Shown: one piece after another, positions 20,801-29,507 of the stretch
How positions within the stretch are numbered: the first letter of the stretch is position 1
Layout of the letters: each line of letters begins with the position of its first letter
Assembly (NCBI GenBank): GCA_947165815.1
Contig: CAMVBZ010000001.1
Span: forward strand, 3,633-67,632
Source of the DNA: an uncultured Clostridia bacterium
GTDB taxonomy: Bacteria > Bacillota > Clostridia > Christensenellales > CAG-917
DNA: 64,000 nucleotides
Direction: 5' to 3'
The notes under the pieces: generated by a model
Databases searched by the model: none
What the model was told of the DNA's origin: nothing
Seen by the model: only the letters and a program-made list of their open reading frames with translations
Translations under genes and position numbers: made by a program

Positions 20801-23800
20801 AACAACTGAACCTACTTTGTTATTTGTTCTAGAAACATTATATGCATAATCACAAATTGAAGATTGATTTCCTATGTATGAAAGTGATACAGCACTTATG
20901 TTAATATCGGATGTATAACCAGATGGATCAAATTCAAAATACAATGTATCTGTTCCAGCACCACCAGCATATTCAAATGAAATGGTTTGCATTGAACCAG
21001 CAACTGTTGCATTTATATAAGGTTCCTTTCCTAAAATATAAACCGGTTCAGAGAAACGAACTGATAAACGTAAACTATCGCCTAAATGTATGGTGCCATG
21101 ATCGATGTGCCAACTTTGTATTGTTGGAGCCGTTGTGTCTACAAGCAAGCTATATCCTAATACATTATTAATATTTCTATCTGGTAATATATAAACATCT
21201 CTAGAATAGACTCCAGCACCACCGCCACTTGAATAATATCTAGTAATCATACCTTCATCCTCATGGATGTTAAGTACAATTGTGCCACTACTATTTACTG
21301 GAACAAGGAAGTACTTGCCTGAACTTGCATTTCCACGATATTCACCAATTTTTAATGCATTAGTTGAGTCATATGTCTCTCCAGAAGAATTTGTTCCTGG
21401 ATATGATAAACCCAATGATATACTCTCGTTATCCTCATCAATATCTTTAAGATAAACTCGGAAGAGTTGTTTGTTTAGAGACTTGTCAGATAGAGTTAAA
21501 CGTAACTTTGGATAATCTGACTGATCATTACCAGAAATATCCATTGTTGATGAAACATATAAATTTGCCAGTCCTGTTGAAACGAAAGTTGTTAACCAGG
21601 TTTGGTTTACTGAAAAATCAAATGAATAATCATAGTATTTACTTTCAGCATTATATGACTCTTTGTACTCCATAGCCACATTTGGCAAACCATGTTTGTC
21701 ACCTTTTGTATATGGTTCAAATACTTGTATATCATCTTTTTTAACAATATTTATTTCTTGTTCTCCTGGACATGCACATTCAATCGCTGACTTACCCTTC
21801 TCTGCATTTCCTTCTAAATACTCAATATAGAAATCAAAGGTACGTCTTGCATATACATGTGTTGAACTATTATATGTAGAGAATCCGGATGGGTGTGTTT
21901 GAATAACAACCATCTGCTCTTTATTTGTTGGTGTCAAAGTAACAATGCCCTCATATGCATCATAATCACCCAATGAGGCTATTGCGCTTCTATCACGAGT
22001 ACGAAGATGTACTACTACGTTATCAACGAGTTCATCTTGTGTGCCAACATAAACAACAATACGATTTGTTTGATCTGGTTGAGCAATCCCTGCGCCATCT
22101 TTTTCAACTGGTCTCAAGTCAATTGCTGCAGGAACAACGGCACGTTTAGCTATACGATTATATGTAACAGCAATGTTTGGATATAATGTGTAGTAAATAC
22201 GTACTGACCAACGTTCTGTAGAATCAACATTTACATAAACATATTTCTTTCCACTTACAGTACGCTCTATTGCCTGATATGTAACATTTCCCGTAAATGT
22301 ATATGAATATATTGTTGTGGAGTCAAGTACGAAAGTTAATTTATCATCACTTGAAATATAGTATGTATCAGAGTGGAACAATGTCATATCCTCTGGATCC
22401 AAGTCTACATATCTGTCTTCAGATCTAGTAACCCACTTTATATTCTCATATGGATTTACTCTTGTTAAATCTGCCACTGTATGAACTTTTCCTATGTCTG
22501 GATCTGTAGATGGAGAAAGTGTATAGCCATATTTATCTATAACCATAAATTCATATCTACCAGAATCTGTATAGATTAATGAGTAAGACTCGTTTCCATA
22601 GATGTCTGTTGTTACAACTGCCTCAGCGGCAAAGTCAACTTCTTCCATTGCATATCCAGGACGACTTACATAAACATGATTTAATTCTGTAGGAATTCTA
22701 TCTGGAATAGTAAAAATTATCTTGTCATCTTTTATCACTTCAATGTTTGCTGTCAAATCTGTTCTTGCAACAGATATTGTCATTGAGAAACCATTGCCAG
22801 CACGGTCATAAATTTCAACAATAAATACACCATATGGGAATTCATAAGTTCTATCTTCAGATACAAGATCATGTAAAGAGAAACTTGCCTCTAATTTCTT
22901 TATTCCGTCTGTGATATTGAATATTGCAACATATGAATATGTATCTGCATCCAATCCATATCCATGATAATCATTATATGTTATATCACTTGAGTATGGT
23001 TTATCTTCAAGGAGAGCCAATGTAAATGCGCTTGTATATAAGATGTCTCCATCATTATTATCTTTTACCCACCATTGGTTGTAATGCATTGTATGCTCTG
23101 CATCTATATCAGAATATGTGCCATGAATTGTTGGACAATCTAAATCTACGTATACAAAATAATCATGCATACCAGTTTCGTCCAACTCACGAATGAAGTA
23201 AATACCAGACTTTGTTGCAGACTGTGTTAGGTATGATGTTTTAAGCAATGTTAAATCATCTTTATACGATGTGATATCGAATATTAAATTCTTATCTATG
23301 TCATATTTGGCCTCTGCATAATAAATCTTTGAACTATTTGATTGAATAAATTTATATGCGGACACAAGTTTTACATTATCTAGGTCATTATATTTGTCAT
23401 AGAATACTTCTTTATCAAAATTATAAACGAGTGGATTTGTTAATGATCCTGTATAAATTAAGTTAGTCGATGGTACACCAACGGATGATGTTGCTATATA
23501 CGTATCAGGTATACGAACTGGATCAACATATAATGCGCCATTATCACTTACTCCAGACAATGAGGATAAATATAAATCAGACCCTTTTTGAATAATCAAT
23601 TGAACAATTTGGTCTACAGCTGATGCCAATTTAGGTGAAATCTTACCAATATCAATAGTTGTATTTACAGATGAGTCACCATAGTAATAATATGCCCAGT
23701 CACGTTGATTGGTTGAGAATTTCCATGTCGCTGCTTTGTATCTAATCCATACATCCCCTACTTCTGGACGGCGAACTTCACCACGTTCTGTTATTAGTGT

Positions 23801-26800
23801 TCCATTGTTGTATGCTTGAACATCTTCGTTTGTGATTCTAATAGCGTAGAAATCACAATATTCCATCATCTTTATATATTCCGATGCTTTTTCTTTTGAT
23901 GAGAATACTAGTGGTTCAACTGAGTTGTTATAATAAGTACTTACACTACTACCCATACCAGTTCCAGTACGTGAATAATATCTTCCAGTACTTAATGTGA
24001 AGAGTTGATTCTTAAAGTTTACACCTACATTGAATATTGTATTATAGTTCTTTGTTGTGCTATTTTCATTTCCATTTGTTACATAGAAACGTTGTGTTTT
24101 GCTGTAATAGTTTTTGGACACATAGGTTGCAACCGTTTGGATTTCATAATATCCAGGTTCCAAAGCATTCAATGAAATATATGGATTTGTATTTCCATTT
24201 TCATTTATTACATAATTATCAAAATAAACTTTTTCTGGTGAAGCAACTGCACTACTATCGTTATCTATTAAAAGATTCTTTTTAAAGTTATTATCATAAT
24301 AAGCTACATTGCTTAATGAATAGCAATTTGGTCCATCAATATTTCCAGGTCTTCCTATCTCAATAGTAACTGGACCATTTGAAATATCTACAACATATGC
24401 ATTTTCTGCATAGAAAGTTACATTCTCAATAATTGGAAGTCTATCATCTGTGTCATCTGTAACAGTTACTCCTCCTATCTTAATATAAGGAGCAAATTGG
24501 TCACGCAAATCGAATGTTGTTTGTTTTTCTGAAGAAACTATTGTGGATATATTACCAACCAAATCTGTTCCAACAATACCAATGTAATAATCTCCATAAG
24601 ATTTTGTTCCTTCTTCTAATCCAACATGTTCTTCTGCTTTAAGAATAAATGAGATAGAGTTGTTTGCAAGATCTACAATTGTTTGGCAACTTTCACTTGG
24701 AACTTCTACAGTATCATCATCTGTTGTGCCATATATTAATAGCTTTTTAACTTCAAATTCTGAGTCTTCTACGTCAAATCCAGTCTCACGTAAATATACA
24801 ATAATATTGGCAAGTCCTGATAGTTCTTCAACATCTACAGTAATTTGTTTCTCTTGCAATTCTTCTGATGGAATTATATTAGAAAATACTGGGGCATCAT
24901 CATCTATCTTAATTGGCCCAAATCTACGGGATGTACTTACATCATCTGAATAAACTGATTTCGCATATACATGTAAATAATATGTTCCAGATACACCAGA
25001 TAATGTTGTAGTAAAGTTTCCATCCTCAGAATAATTAATATCAAAGTCTGTAAAATTCTTATATCTTAAGATATCATTATAAATGGATAGTTTCTCTGGC
25101 TGAGTAATATGCAATGTTTCATAAACTTTTGCAAGGTTGAAAGCTCTCTTTATAAGATATGTTTTTCCACCTATAACAGAAACATCTTGTGTCTTTACTA
25201 TTTCACCATTCTTGATTTCATAATATGTATTTATATCTGCATCAACTGGTGTTGCAACTACGTCATAATTTAAATCTGGAGATAATGACCAGAGATAATA
25301 AACACCTTGTAACATATTGGAACCAGTTGTTGTAATGTTTGCATCAAACTTCTTTACATATTCATTTATAATTTCTGCACTTTGATCAACAACCGGACTA
25401 CGGTTATCAAACTTTATTGTTAAATCTGAACGTAATTGTCTTGGAGAAATTCTATCCCCTTCTAGTGAAGACAATGTTGTGTAATTGCCACACATATTAT
25501 TGTTATTGGATATATTTCTTCCATAGTCTTTTAATTTATTGATGTTATTAAATCCTTCAATTTCTATGCTATTAATTGTTCCTGTAAGAGGTACATTATA
25601 ATCATCTGTTGCTGCGTTAGGATCAAACTCAAAAATTAATGTATCTGTACATAATCCATTTGAACCTGGACGAGAAATACAATCAAATGTTGCACGATAA
25701 TTGTTAAATCCACCACTACCATTAAATATTGTTCTTAATTTAATGTTCTCAATGTCAGCTGCTGATGCATTAATTGGTTCATTAAAACGAATACTTAAAC
25801 GAATTTTGTCGCCTTTTTGTATTGTACTCTTATCTAAATACCATCCCTTTATAAGAGGTGATGTGTCATCAACTACTATCCAATACAAATGCCAACCAGT
25901 CGTTTTACGCCAAAAGTTTGAATTGTTCTTAAATGTTTCATAAAGTGTCCCTGATGAAACTCTCATATAGTTTGCTTTAATATCTCTTCCATTTTTCTCA
26001 GACTCATCTTTAAATGAATCTGGAGATTTTGCAAATGATTCATTTCTATGGTCCATATCCTCATAATAAATTCCAGGATAAAGAGAATCACTCCAAATAC
26101 TATGGAATTCACCATGATAAAGGTGTGTGCCAGAAGTACTTCCATCATAGAGATCAAGGTCACACCAAGAAGATAAAGCTACACCTTTTTCGTCTAAGTG
26201 TAAATTTACACCAACGAAATAGTCTGCAAGTCCAGTTCTTTTATAATCTGCAGCAAAAGTTCCTCCTTGTTCTTCATCTGTATTAATTGCTTGACTAGCA
26301 GATAATGTTTGACCTGATTTATCTTCTGAATAAATATTTAATGAAGAAGACGATTGATGATATGATGTTAAATATCCACTGAGCATTTTAGTACTAAATG
26401 CATCTGTTGTACTATAATAGTGTTCTTTACCTGCTACTGAAGCAACATATACTCTTACAGATTTTGCGTTCTCTGCTATAGAGAAACCTTCATTCAATAC
26501 ATCATATATTTCAATATCAAAATATGGACGTACTCCATCAACGATAAATCTTTCTACATTTGTTTCAACTTTTACAGAAACATTATCGTAATAAATAGGC
26601 TCTTCGTTTCCAGCCTTAATAAAGCTAGAACGGCGTAATGTAACTATTGAATCTATTGGTGTATAGTCTACTCCCGCAACTGCTGTTCCATTTCTAGTGC
26701 GGACTCTTACTCTAACATCTTTTGATGGACTTCCATATGGAATACCACATACGATATCTGCAATTGCTGTACTGTGAACATACCCATTAGATTCTCTTAA

Positions 26801-26995
26801 TGTATCTTCTTGTACGAGATTTTCTTCATTAAAACTTATTGCCACCTTGTATTCACCACACCAGTCTGGATATGCACCATATGCGCTATCAACTGGGTTC
26901 TTAACAAACACCAATGTTACAACGAGGATTACTAAAAATACTGCAAACGTAGCAATTGTTAGTATTCTATTCTTATTTATTCTGTTTGCGTTCAT
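14837..26995 (-). CDS. Giant surface protein (4052 aa): N-terminal signal-anchor, two Calx-beta-like modules, many Ig-like modules, C-terminal TM anchor
   Basis: Uninterrupted 12159-nt ORF. N-terminal hydrophobic ILTIATFAVFLVILVVTLVFV. Calx-beta-like RNGTAVAGVDYTPIDSIVTL (aa about 101-120) and RDRSAIASLGDYDAYEGIVTL (aa about 1667-1687). Recurrent D-x-T/S-x-P-x-I domain-boundary motifs (DDTSPLI, DTTAPTI, DQTAPII, DKSAPTI). Big_5-like RLSIRFNEP and RLSVRFSEP. C-terminal TTIVIIVICLLIAIGFTIVLFL followed by RKRKKV. Confidence 0.9.
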   Translation of the reverse strand: MNANRINKNRILTIATFAVFLVILVVTLVFVKNPVDSAYGAYPDWCGEYKVAISFNEENLVQEDTLRESNGYVHSTAIADIVCGIPYGSPSKDVRVRVRTRNGTAVAGVDYTPIDSIVTLRRSSFIKAGNEEPIYYDNVSVKVETNVERFIVDGVRPYFDIEIYDVLNEGFSIAENAKSVRVYVASVAGKEHYYSTTDAFSTKMLSGYLTSYHQSSSSLNIYSEDKSGQTLSASQAINTDEEQGGTFAADYKRTGLADYFVGVNLHLDEKGVALSSWCDLDLYDGSTSGTHLYHGEFHSIWSDSLYPGIYYEDMDHRNESFAKSPDSFKDESEKNGRDIKANYMRVSSGTLYETFKNNSNFWRKTTGWHLYWIVVDDTSPLIKGWYLDKSTIQKGDKIRLSIRFNEPINASAADIENIKLRTIFNGSGGFNNYRATFDCISRPGSNGLCTDTLIFEFDPNAATDDYNVPLTGTINSIEIEGFNNINKLKDYGRNISNNNNMCGNYTTLSSLEGDRISPRQLRSDLTIKFDNRSPVVDQSAEIINEYVKKFDANITTTGSNMLQGVYYLWSLSPDLNYDVVATPVDADINTYYEIKNGEIVKTQDVSVIGGKTYLIKRAFNLAKVYETLHITQPEKLSIYNDILRYKNFTDFDINYSEDGNFTTTLSGVSGTYYLHVYAKSVYSDDVSTSRRFGPIKIDDDAPVFSNIIPSEELQEKQITVDVEELSGLANIIVYLRETGFDVEDSEFEVKKLLIYGTTDDDTVEVPSESCQTIVDLANNSISFILKAEEHVGLEEGTKSYGDYYIGIVGTDLVGNISTIVSSEKQTTFDLRDQFAPYIKIGGVTVTDDTDDRLPIIENVTFYAENAYVVDISNGPVTIEIGRPGNIDGPNCYSLSNVAYYDNNFKKNLLIDNDSSAVASPEKVYFDNYVINENGNTNPYISLNALEPGYYEIQTVATYVSKNYYSKTQRFYVTNGNENSTTKNYNTIFNVGVNFKNQLFTLSTGRYYSRTGTGMGSSVSTYYNNSVEPLVFSSKEKASEYIKMMEYCDFYAIRITNEDVQAYNNGTLITERGEVRRPEVGDVWIRYKAATWKFSTNQRDWAYYYYGDSSVNTTIDIGKISPKLASAVDQIVQLIIQKGSDLYLSSLSGVSDNGALYVDPVRIPDTYIATSSVGVPSTNLIYTGSLTNPLVYNFDKEVFYDKYNDLDNVKLVSAYKFIQSNSSKIYYAEAKYDIDKNLIFDITSYKDDLTLLKTSYLTQSATKSGIYFIRELDETGMHDYFVYVDLDCPTIHGTYSDIDAEHTMHYNQWWVKDNNDGDILYTSAFTLALLEDKPYSSDITYNDYHGYGLDADTYSYVAIFNITDGIKKLEASFSLHDLVSEDRTYEFPYGVFIVEIYDRAGNGFSMTISVARTDLTANIEVIKDDKIIFTIPDRIPTELNHVYVSRPGYAMEEVDFAAEAVVTTDIYGNESYSLIYTDSGRYEFMVIDKYGYTLSPSTDPDIGKVHTVADLTRVNPYENIKWVTRSEDRYVDLDPEDMTLFHSDTYYISSDDKLTFVLDSTTIYSYTFTGNVTYQAIERTVSGKKYVYVNVDSTERWSVRIYYTLYPNIAVTYNRIAKRAVVPAAIDLRPVEKDGAGIAQPDQTNRIVVYVGTQDELVDNVVVHLRTRDRSAIASLGDYDAYEGIVTLTPTNKEQMVVIQTHPSGFSTYNSSTHVYARRTFDFYIEYLEGNAEKGKSAIECACPGEQEINIVKKDDIQVFEPYTKGDKHGLPNVAMEYKESYNAESKYYDYSFDFSVNQTWLTTFVSTGLANLYVSSTMDISGNDQSDYPKLRLTLSDKSLNKQLFRVYLKDIDEDNESISLGLSYPGTNSSGETYDSTNALKIGEYRGNASSGKYFLVPVNSSGTIVLNIHEDEGMITRYYSSGGGAGVYSRDVYILPDRNINNVLGYSLLVDTTAPTIQSWHIDHGTIHLGDSLRLSVRFSEPVYILGKEPYINATVAGSMQTISFEYAGGAGTDTLYFEFDPSGYTSDINISAVSLSYIGNQSSICDYAYNVSRTNNKVGSVVLPRDTEWDNACSLDTRIPSITIDSSYYISAKPQRNASVPIEITKTAPGAIMEYSWTVESDAPAIYEKQLVLTSSEQKVMLEAKGFSGIYYLHIYMESVYGKVATMTYGPFLFDNSIPTFTGLTIEEATKGLKERNVVFYVNDEPRGEASSGVAQVYMYYLFKGEDVPQILKLYDINGDEKSNRITISENNRVVFLLTYEMLGIQKEEQKDVTLAFYAVDGIGNSASISTYTFYPTIVNFDARSEVEVEVSSSKEPFFDADSVPVYNIAGGSPTFDFSFSRQADEYDINHLYIGEKEIAEAKFEDYIEYTSDIDGVHIQFKTSVIGVVRINFKAISGTGENHTIQESSDVIFYLTNGTDKAETYNYLATGSGTLFINKVYMLNSSTYYYHNGEGVRQKNYNDTTRLMAFSSRDKAVEYVKYHEMLDLGIFEIRTTSQATSLNTGDGSYRKAALDASVTASVGQVWVRYKRATWDNATSSDAWVYYFLGTSSEIDPERLPNSLATAIGQVTDTIVDKGGYTYLTSGNDGLDANGSPYLDKNQIVLNRLTSFVTNAGAELRNAVVFEGDVDIYNSHVLPAGEDLVCSLVTTYNFTYGKFTKIFYTNQTDASGAPISREFKLLPEGSVFGSLNIDGGVYWIRECDENGVRDYKVYLDKSAPTINVSYQNAKGDSIDRELDAAVDGMTINGKVLTIKGFSSTATEIDTMSYIAVFKKNGVLLNVYRREDIPAAGIEVGEGQYYLEIADRSGNMYKVYVSLNSTPLEVKVIPEENRYVRITCNRDTSEIKLFEIYLDNKLIESNYSSSVTYYQSGIYSIRIEDWFGNTFYYDYELKRELPKISWFYQEDDNYIAYDGSQSCLKIQKSAEREYAIVTNKHLMFTFDTSEEYEYEFYDRSISTTAREFNGKTRVNINDAVDWKLTIRYARYPEIYIVYNCIMDQTAPIINVSARQDVVKYYDQKQIEEANQSNLTSSSPEYFVPDNIYFGVTKTISKAVRANSTIYSTLLTLSFDDKSICSEVEIYLDGVMIREYSESEGVNNITINRFGEYRIVARDTLGNQSEFTFANYDANKFEFTVDGNVKDIKLSPADAITIENDSYYYPADAYSYENMEFMYSGSGKIVIFVEKNGEKKYLAYESVNGALYEVAYRLIRLTDEEGNPLYDDYDNEILLYQQIYYATIVSNMAEVEAGKSFVLADENNAGVTISVRFDENNNVYYHVDAPAVGEATVSMRIVYNSDYQPYFAKVVMSAELPSITFEHIGDDVAEKQIIPQSTEQVIYLNGGFFVAETSFTNITEISVAYSLTREFSDYQTIYDLNNGYQQVIFTEEGFYSVVVVNIYGRVAEFLVTMSNELRAIITTDFIDDYSVQHAVVSGSTYKSNERVSIDVYTEWIEYNSIRDEIYLDGGIIMGIGGVCSVSWSTPGKYHLTIRDQFQNEIVIDFEIKDKPFEFKHDYLTGYNEDALRKEDGYSNKKLSINAEKMIADGIMQVSMLYDNEETVIFDILKDEGTPVTAERITDIIGSKGDGVYVLRMRNENGNVTNTTLHYMGNKTLKVSRLIRTSRDAENIEFAEGTDNKVYSNYSVTFETSAGIFEIRVDGDKADMPLTLRYPSDGEDTGEYKKNVTYVDEYGFKYTFEVNLIRKQLEIDLTKLMKIVEINEVKMTKDNVAIEFPDSVKCEYSLNGSELIPYSLGEKLTKDGSYRFYITDIAGNVQSAVVKKDTMVEFTFVYTGTDRIVENGSVIMQGSARFMAMNKDSAKINLAVLNGVEYDIASSAGFGDAGKWEFIIIDDIGNQAYYYFYAVPNAISKFDYESPYAYKITEVIFDAGDGILVSYANLVKHNVNKMNSTMLFDETGTYHVTVASTVSSAYFEFDVVIDKTPPQAKLIGAEDGSLTIDNVTLENCQIGDVIRVYKNGSLSEEIFVTSSSTKMPEIKEKGDYRIVITNAAGNEQVFEFTRQYTANVPTTIVIIVICLLIAIGFTIVLFLRKRKKV
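17966..22108 (-). repeat. Giant protein internal module B (aa about 1630-3010), diverged tandem copy of module A
   Basis: Collinear matches to module A. Pairs (B / A): LLVDTTAPTIQSWHIDHGTIHLGDSLRLSVRFSEP / WIVVDDTSPLIKGWYLDKSTIQKGDKIRLSIRFNEP; YYLHIYMESVY / YYLHVYAKSVY; FSSRDKAVEYVKY / FSSKEKASEYIKM; VWVRYKRATW / VWIRYKAATW; VYWIRECDENGVRDYKVYLD / IYFIRELDETGMHDYFVYVD. Confidence 0.75.
22121..26818 (-). repeat. Giant protein internal module A (aa about 60-1625)
   Basis: See module B. Both copies start with a Calx-beta-like segment and end with (W)xxRIYYxxYPxIxxxYN (ERWSVRIYYTLYPNIAVTYN / VDWKLTIRYARYPEIYIVYN). Confidence 0.75.
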
Positions 26996-26996
26996 T

Positions 26997-29507
26997 CTAT
27001 TTTCCTCCTCTGTTTATGTCCTGTCCCAACAAATCTTCAATTTTTGCGTCTGGATGACTTTGTTTGTACAATTTCCACATCCTTGTAATGTCTTGTACGG
27101 ACTGAGCATCTGTTTCCGCCTCTTGCTGGTTCTGTGCCTGATCCGCCGCTTGATTTGCTGCAACCCCTTCGACATAAGCTGCATATTCGGCATTTGATTT
27201 TTCTTCGGAATTAACAGCTTCTTGTTCTGTTTCAACACCGCCAGATGCTGAACCGCTATTGTTTCCACTAGTGCCTTCACTATCTGCCGTTTGACGTGAG
27301 GCCTTCTTCTCTGCTTTTGCTTGTGCGTCTTTTTCAACTAAATTGTTACGTATTGAAATATCATAGAATGCTTCTTTTTCATCAAAGAGTCTTTCATTAA
27401 GTTCTGATGTATCCATCTTTCCCACTTTGAAGAAAGGAACTTTGAAACTTGGTGTGAAATAAGTCATCAATGGATAATTACCAAATGTAACAACAATTGA
27501 GTGTCCTATATCACCTGGATGATTAAGTCTTTGTAATTCACTTGGATAAATAAGAGGTCTAACTTGCATTTGTGTTGTAACATTAATATCACGTGCACTA
27601 TTTGCACTTCCTGAAGAACTATTCGTTGCAACAGTAATGTTACCACAAAGCTCACTATACTCTTTACATGTGCCCATATCATTAGAACCAATGAACATCT
27701 TAATACCACAGTTACCTTTTACGATATCTGCAACCTTATCTCCATAGACGTTATTAAGCTGTGCATATGATTGTATAATCATATTGAACCAAATCTTTCT
27801 AGAACGTCCAACAGTAATCATCTTGTCAAACTTATCAATCTTTGGCATATTTGCAAATTCATCTAAGATGTAATAAACATTTCTTGGTAATGAAAGGTCT
27901 TCATATGTAGATGCAATCTTAATAAGTGCCTTATAGATAGATAACATAAAGATAGCTGCAAGATTGTAACGTGTATCTTTTTCATCTGGTATCTTAAGGA
28001 ATAATGCTGTTGGCTTTTCTGCCAAATTTTCTGGCACGAAATCACTTGCAGATGTTAATGCACAAATACCTGAGTCATTAAACATTGTAAGTTTTTCATA
28101 TACGATAGACATATAACTTGCTCTTGTAGATTCTGCAGCATCACATACTTGTTTACTTAAAGATAATGCCTTACTTAAAGGATTACGTCCTGCAAAATAT
28201 CTACGGAGTTCGTAATAGTCTTTATTACTATTTTGTAATATCTTAGCCAAATTGAAGAAATTGAACTTTTCCTTTACCATGTGTAGACGTGGATCTTCAC
28301 TATCCTCTAACATAGCAAGTAGAGTTGCAAGTGTTATTGCTCTTGCACCTTTCTCCCACATTGGGTCTTTTTCATTTTCAACAGGCACCAAAGCAGAAAC
28401 TAAGTCGTTTAAATCTTCATATACTTCGTCAAAAGTACGTTTCTTAAATACCTTAATTGCTGTCTTAAGTGATGCCATATTTGCATAAGCCTTGCCATCA
28501 AAGACATACCAAGACTCTGCTGCTAATAATTCAGATTCATCACTTGCTGGAATATATTTATCTTTTTCATATGGTTCTTTATGTAAAAATACATTATGTT
28601 GTGCATTTGCATATTCTTGATAATGATCCCAAATAGAATCTAATGGGTTCCAACGATATGATGAATATGTATCACGAAGGTCTATAACTTTAACGTCATA
28701 ACCACGTTCTTTTAAGAAACCACTATGAATGTTGAATAACTCACCTTTTGGGTCTGTCATAATCATTGAAGAACCAGCTGATGAAGCACCAAGTAATTGA
28801 ATCATAGGGTTAACGAATGTTGTTGTTTTACCACTACCAGTAGAACCGATAATGATTGAGTGACAAGGAGAGTTGAATAATACTTCCATATCCTTGTCTT
28901 TATTTGTAAGTTTTGCCATAACTGGTACGCCATCTTTGTCACTAGCGTTGAGTTGGCTATATTTTATTGGTTTGAATATCTTTTTCTTTTCATCGTCACT
29001 CATCCAACGAGAGTTTTCTAAGTTTGCTTCGATTTCTTTGAGTTTGCCTTTTCCACCAATTCCTGTGTAACGCATAAACTTCCATAAATCTCTATCTATA
29101 AAGCCAAGGTAAATTGCTGAAAAACCAACTAATATTGAGAATGTTATTGCATAAAAACGCCAATCCCAATGTAGCATACGGTTAAATACCCCAATCCAGT
29201 CAAAATTAGAGAAATTTGCACGATTGATTATCAATGCAAAAATAACTATTCCAAGGAAGAATGAAATCAATATCGCTGTAGATAAAGCAAAAATAACATC
29301 ATATGCTTTGCCTGAGAAAATCTTATGTGCAAAAATAACTATTCCTATATCTAGTAAAACAATAAAGAAGAAAGCAATATAACTAATTGCATTAATAATT
29401 GTCAAAGCATGTGTTGCTGCCAAAATAGGAAGCGATATCACAACTGACAAGATGAGAGCACCAGCTACTACAGATAATGCATAGATTAGGTTCTTTTTTA
29501 GTGCCAT
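26997..29507 (-). CDS. VirD4/TraG-type type IV coupling protein (T4CP)
   Basis: N-terminal TM helices. Walker A IIIGSTGSGKTTTF. YYILDEFANMPKI and VGRSRKIWFNMIIQSYAQLNNVYG motifs. GGAGGA RBS. Start overlaps the upstream gene by 10 nt, and the stop is 1 nt from the giant gene start. Confidence 0.8.
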   Translation of the reverse strand: MALKKNLIYALSVVAGALILSVVISLPILAATHALTIINAISYIAFFFIVLLDIGIVIFAHKIFSGKAYDVIFALSTAILISFFLGIVIFALIINRANFSNFDWIGVFNRMLHWDWRFYAITFSILVGFSAIYLGFIDRDLWKFMRYTGIGGKGKLKEIEANLENSRWMSDDEKKKIFKPIKYSQLNASDKDGVPVMAKLTNKDKDMEVLFNSPCHSIIIGSTGSGKTTTFVNPMIQLLGASSAGSSMIMTDPKGELFNIHSGFLKERGYDVKVIDLRDTYSSYRWNPLDSIWDHYQEYANAQHNVFLHKEPYEKDKYIPASDESELLAAESWYVFDGKAYANMASLKTAIKVFKKRTFDEVYEDLNDLVSALVPVENEKDPMWEKGARAITLATLLAMLEDSEDPRLHMVKEKFNFFNLAKILQNSNKDYYELRRYFAGRNPLSKALSLSKQVCDAAESTRASYMSIVYEKLTMFNDSGICALTSASDFVPENLAEKPTALFLKIPDEKDTRYNLAAIFMLSIYKALIKIASTYEDLSLPRNVYYILDEFANMPKIDKFDKMITVGRSRKIWFNMIIQSYAQLNNVYGDKVADIVKGNCGIKMFIGSNDMGTCKEYSELCGNITVATNSSSGSANSARDINVTTQMQVRPLIYPSELQRLNHPGDIGHSIVVTFGNYPLMTYFTPSFKVPFFKVGKMDTSELNERLFDEKEAFYDISIRNNLVEKDAQAKAEKKASRQTADSEGTSGNNSGSASGGVETEQEAVNSEEKSNAEYAAYVEGVAANQAADQAQNQQEAETDAQSVQDITRMWKLYKQSHPDAKIEDLLGQDINRGGK

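Noticed and set aside
14837-26995. Giant ORF as an assembly artefact, collapsed repeat or pseudogene
   Set aside because: The 12159-nt frame is uninterrupted. The internal duplication is diverged at the DNA level. The gene has an N-terminal signal-anchor and a C-terminal anchor and is tightly coupled to its neighbours.
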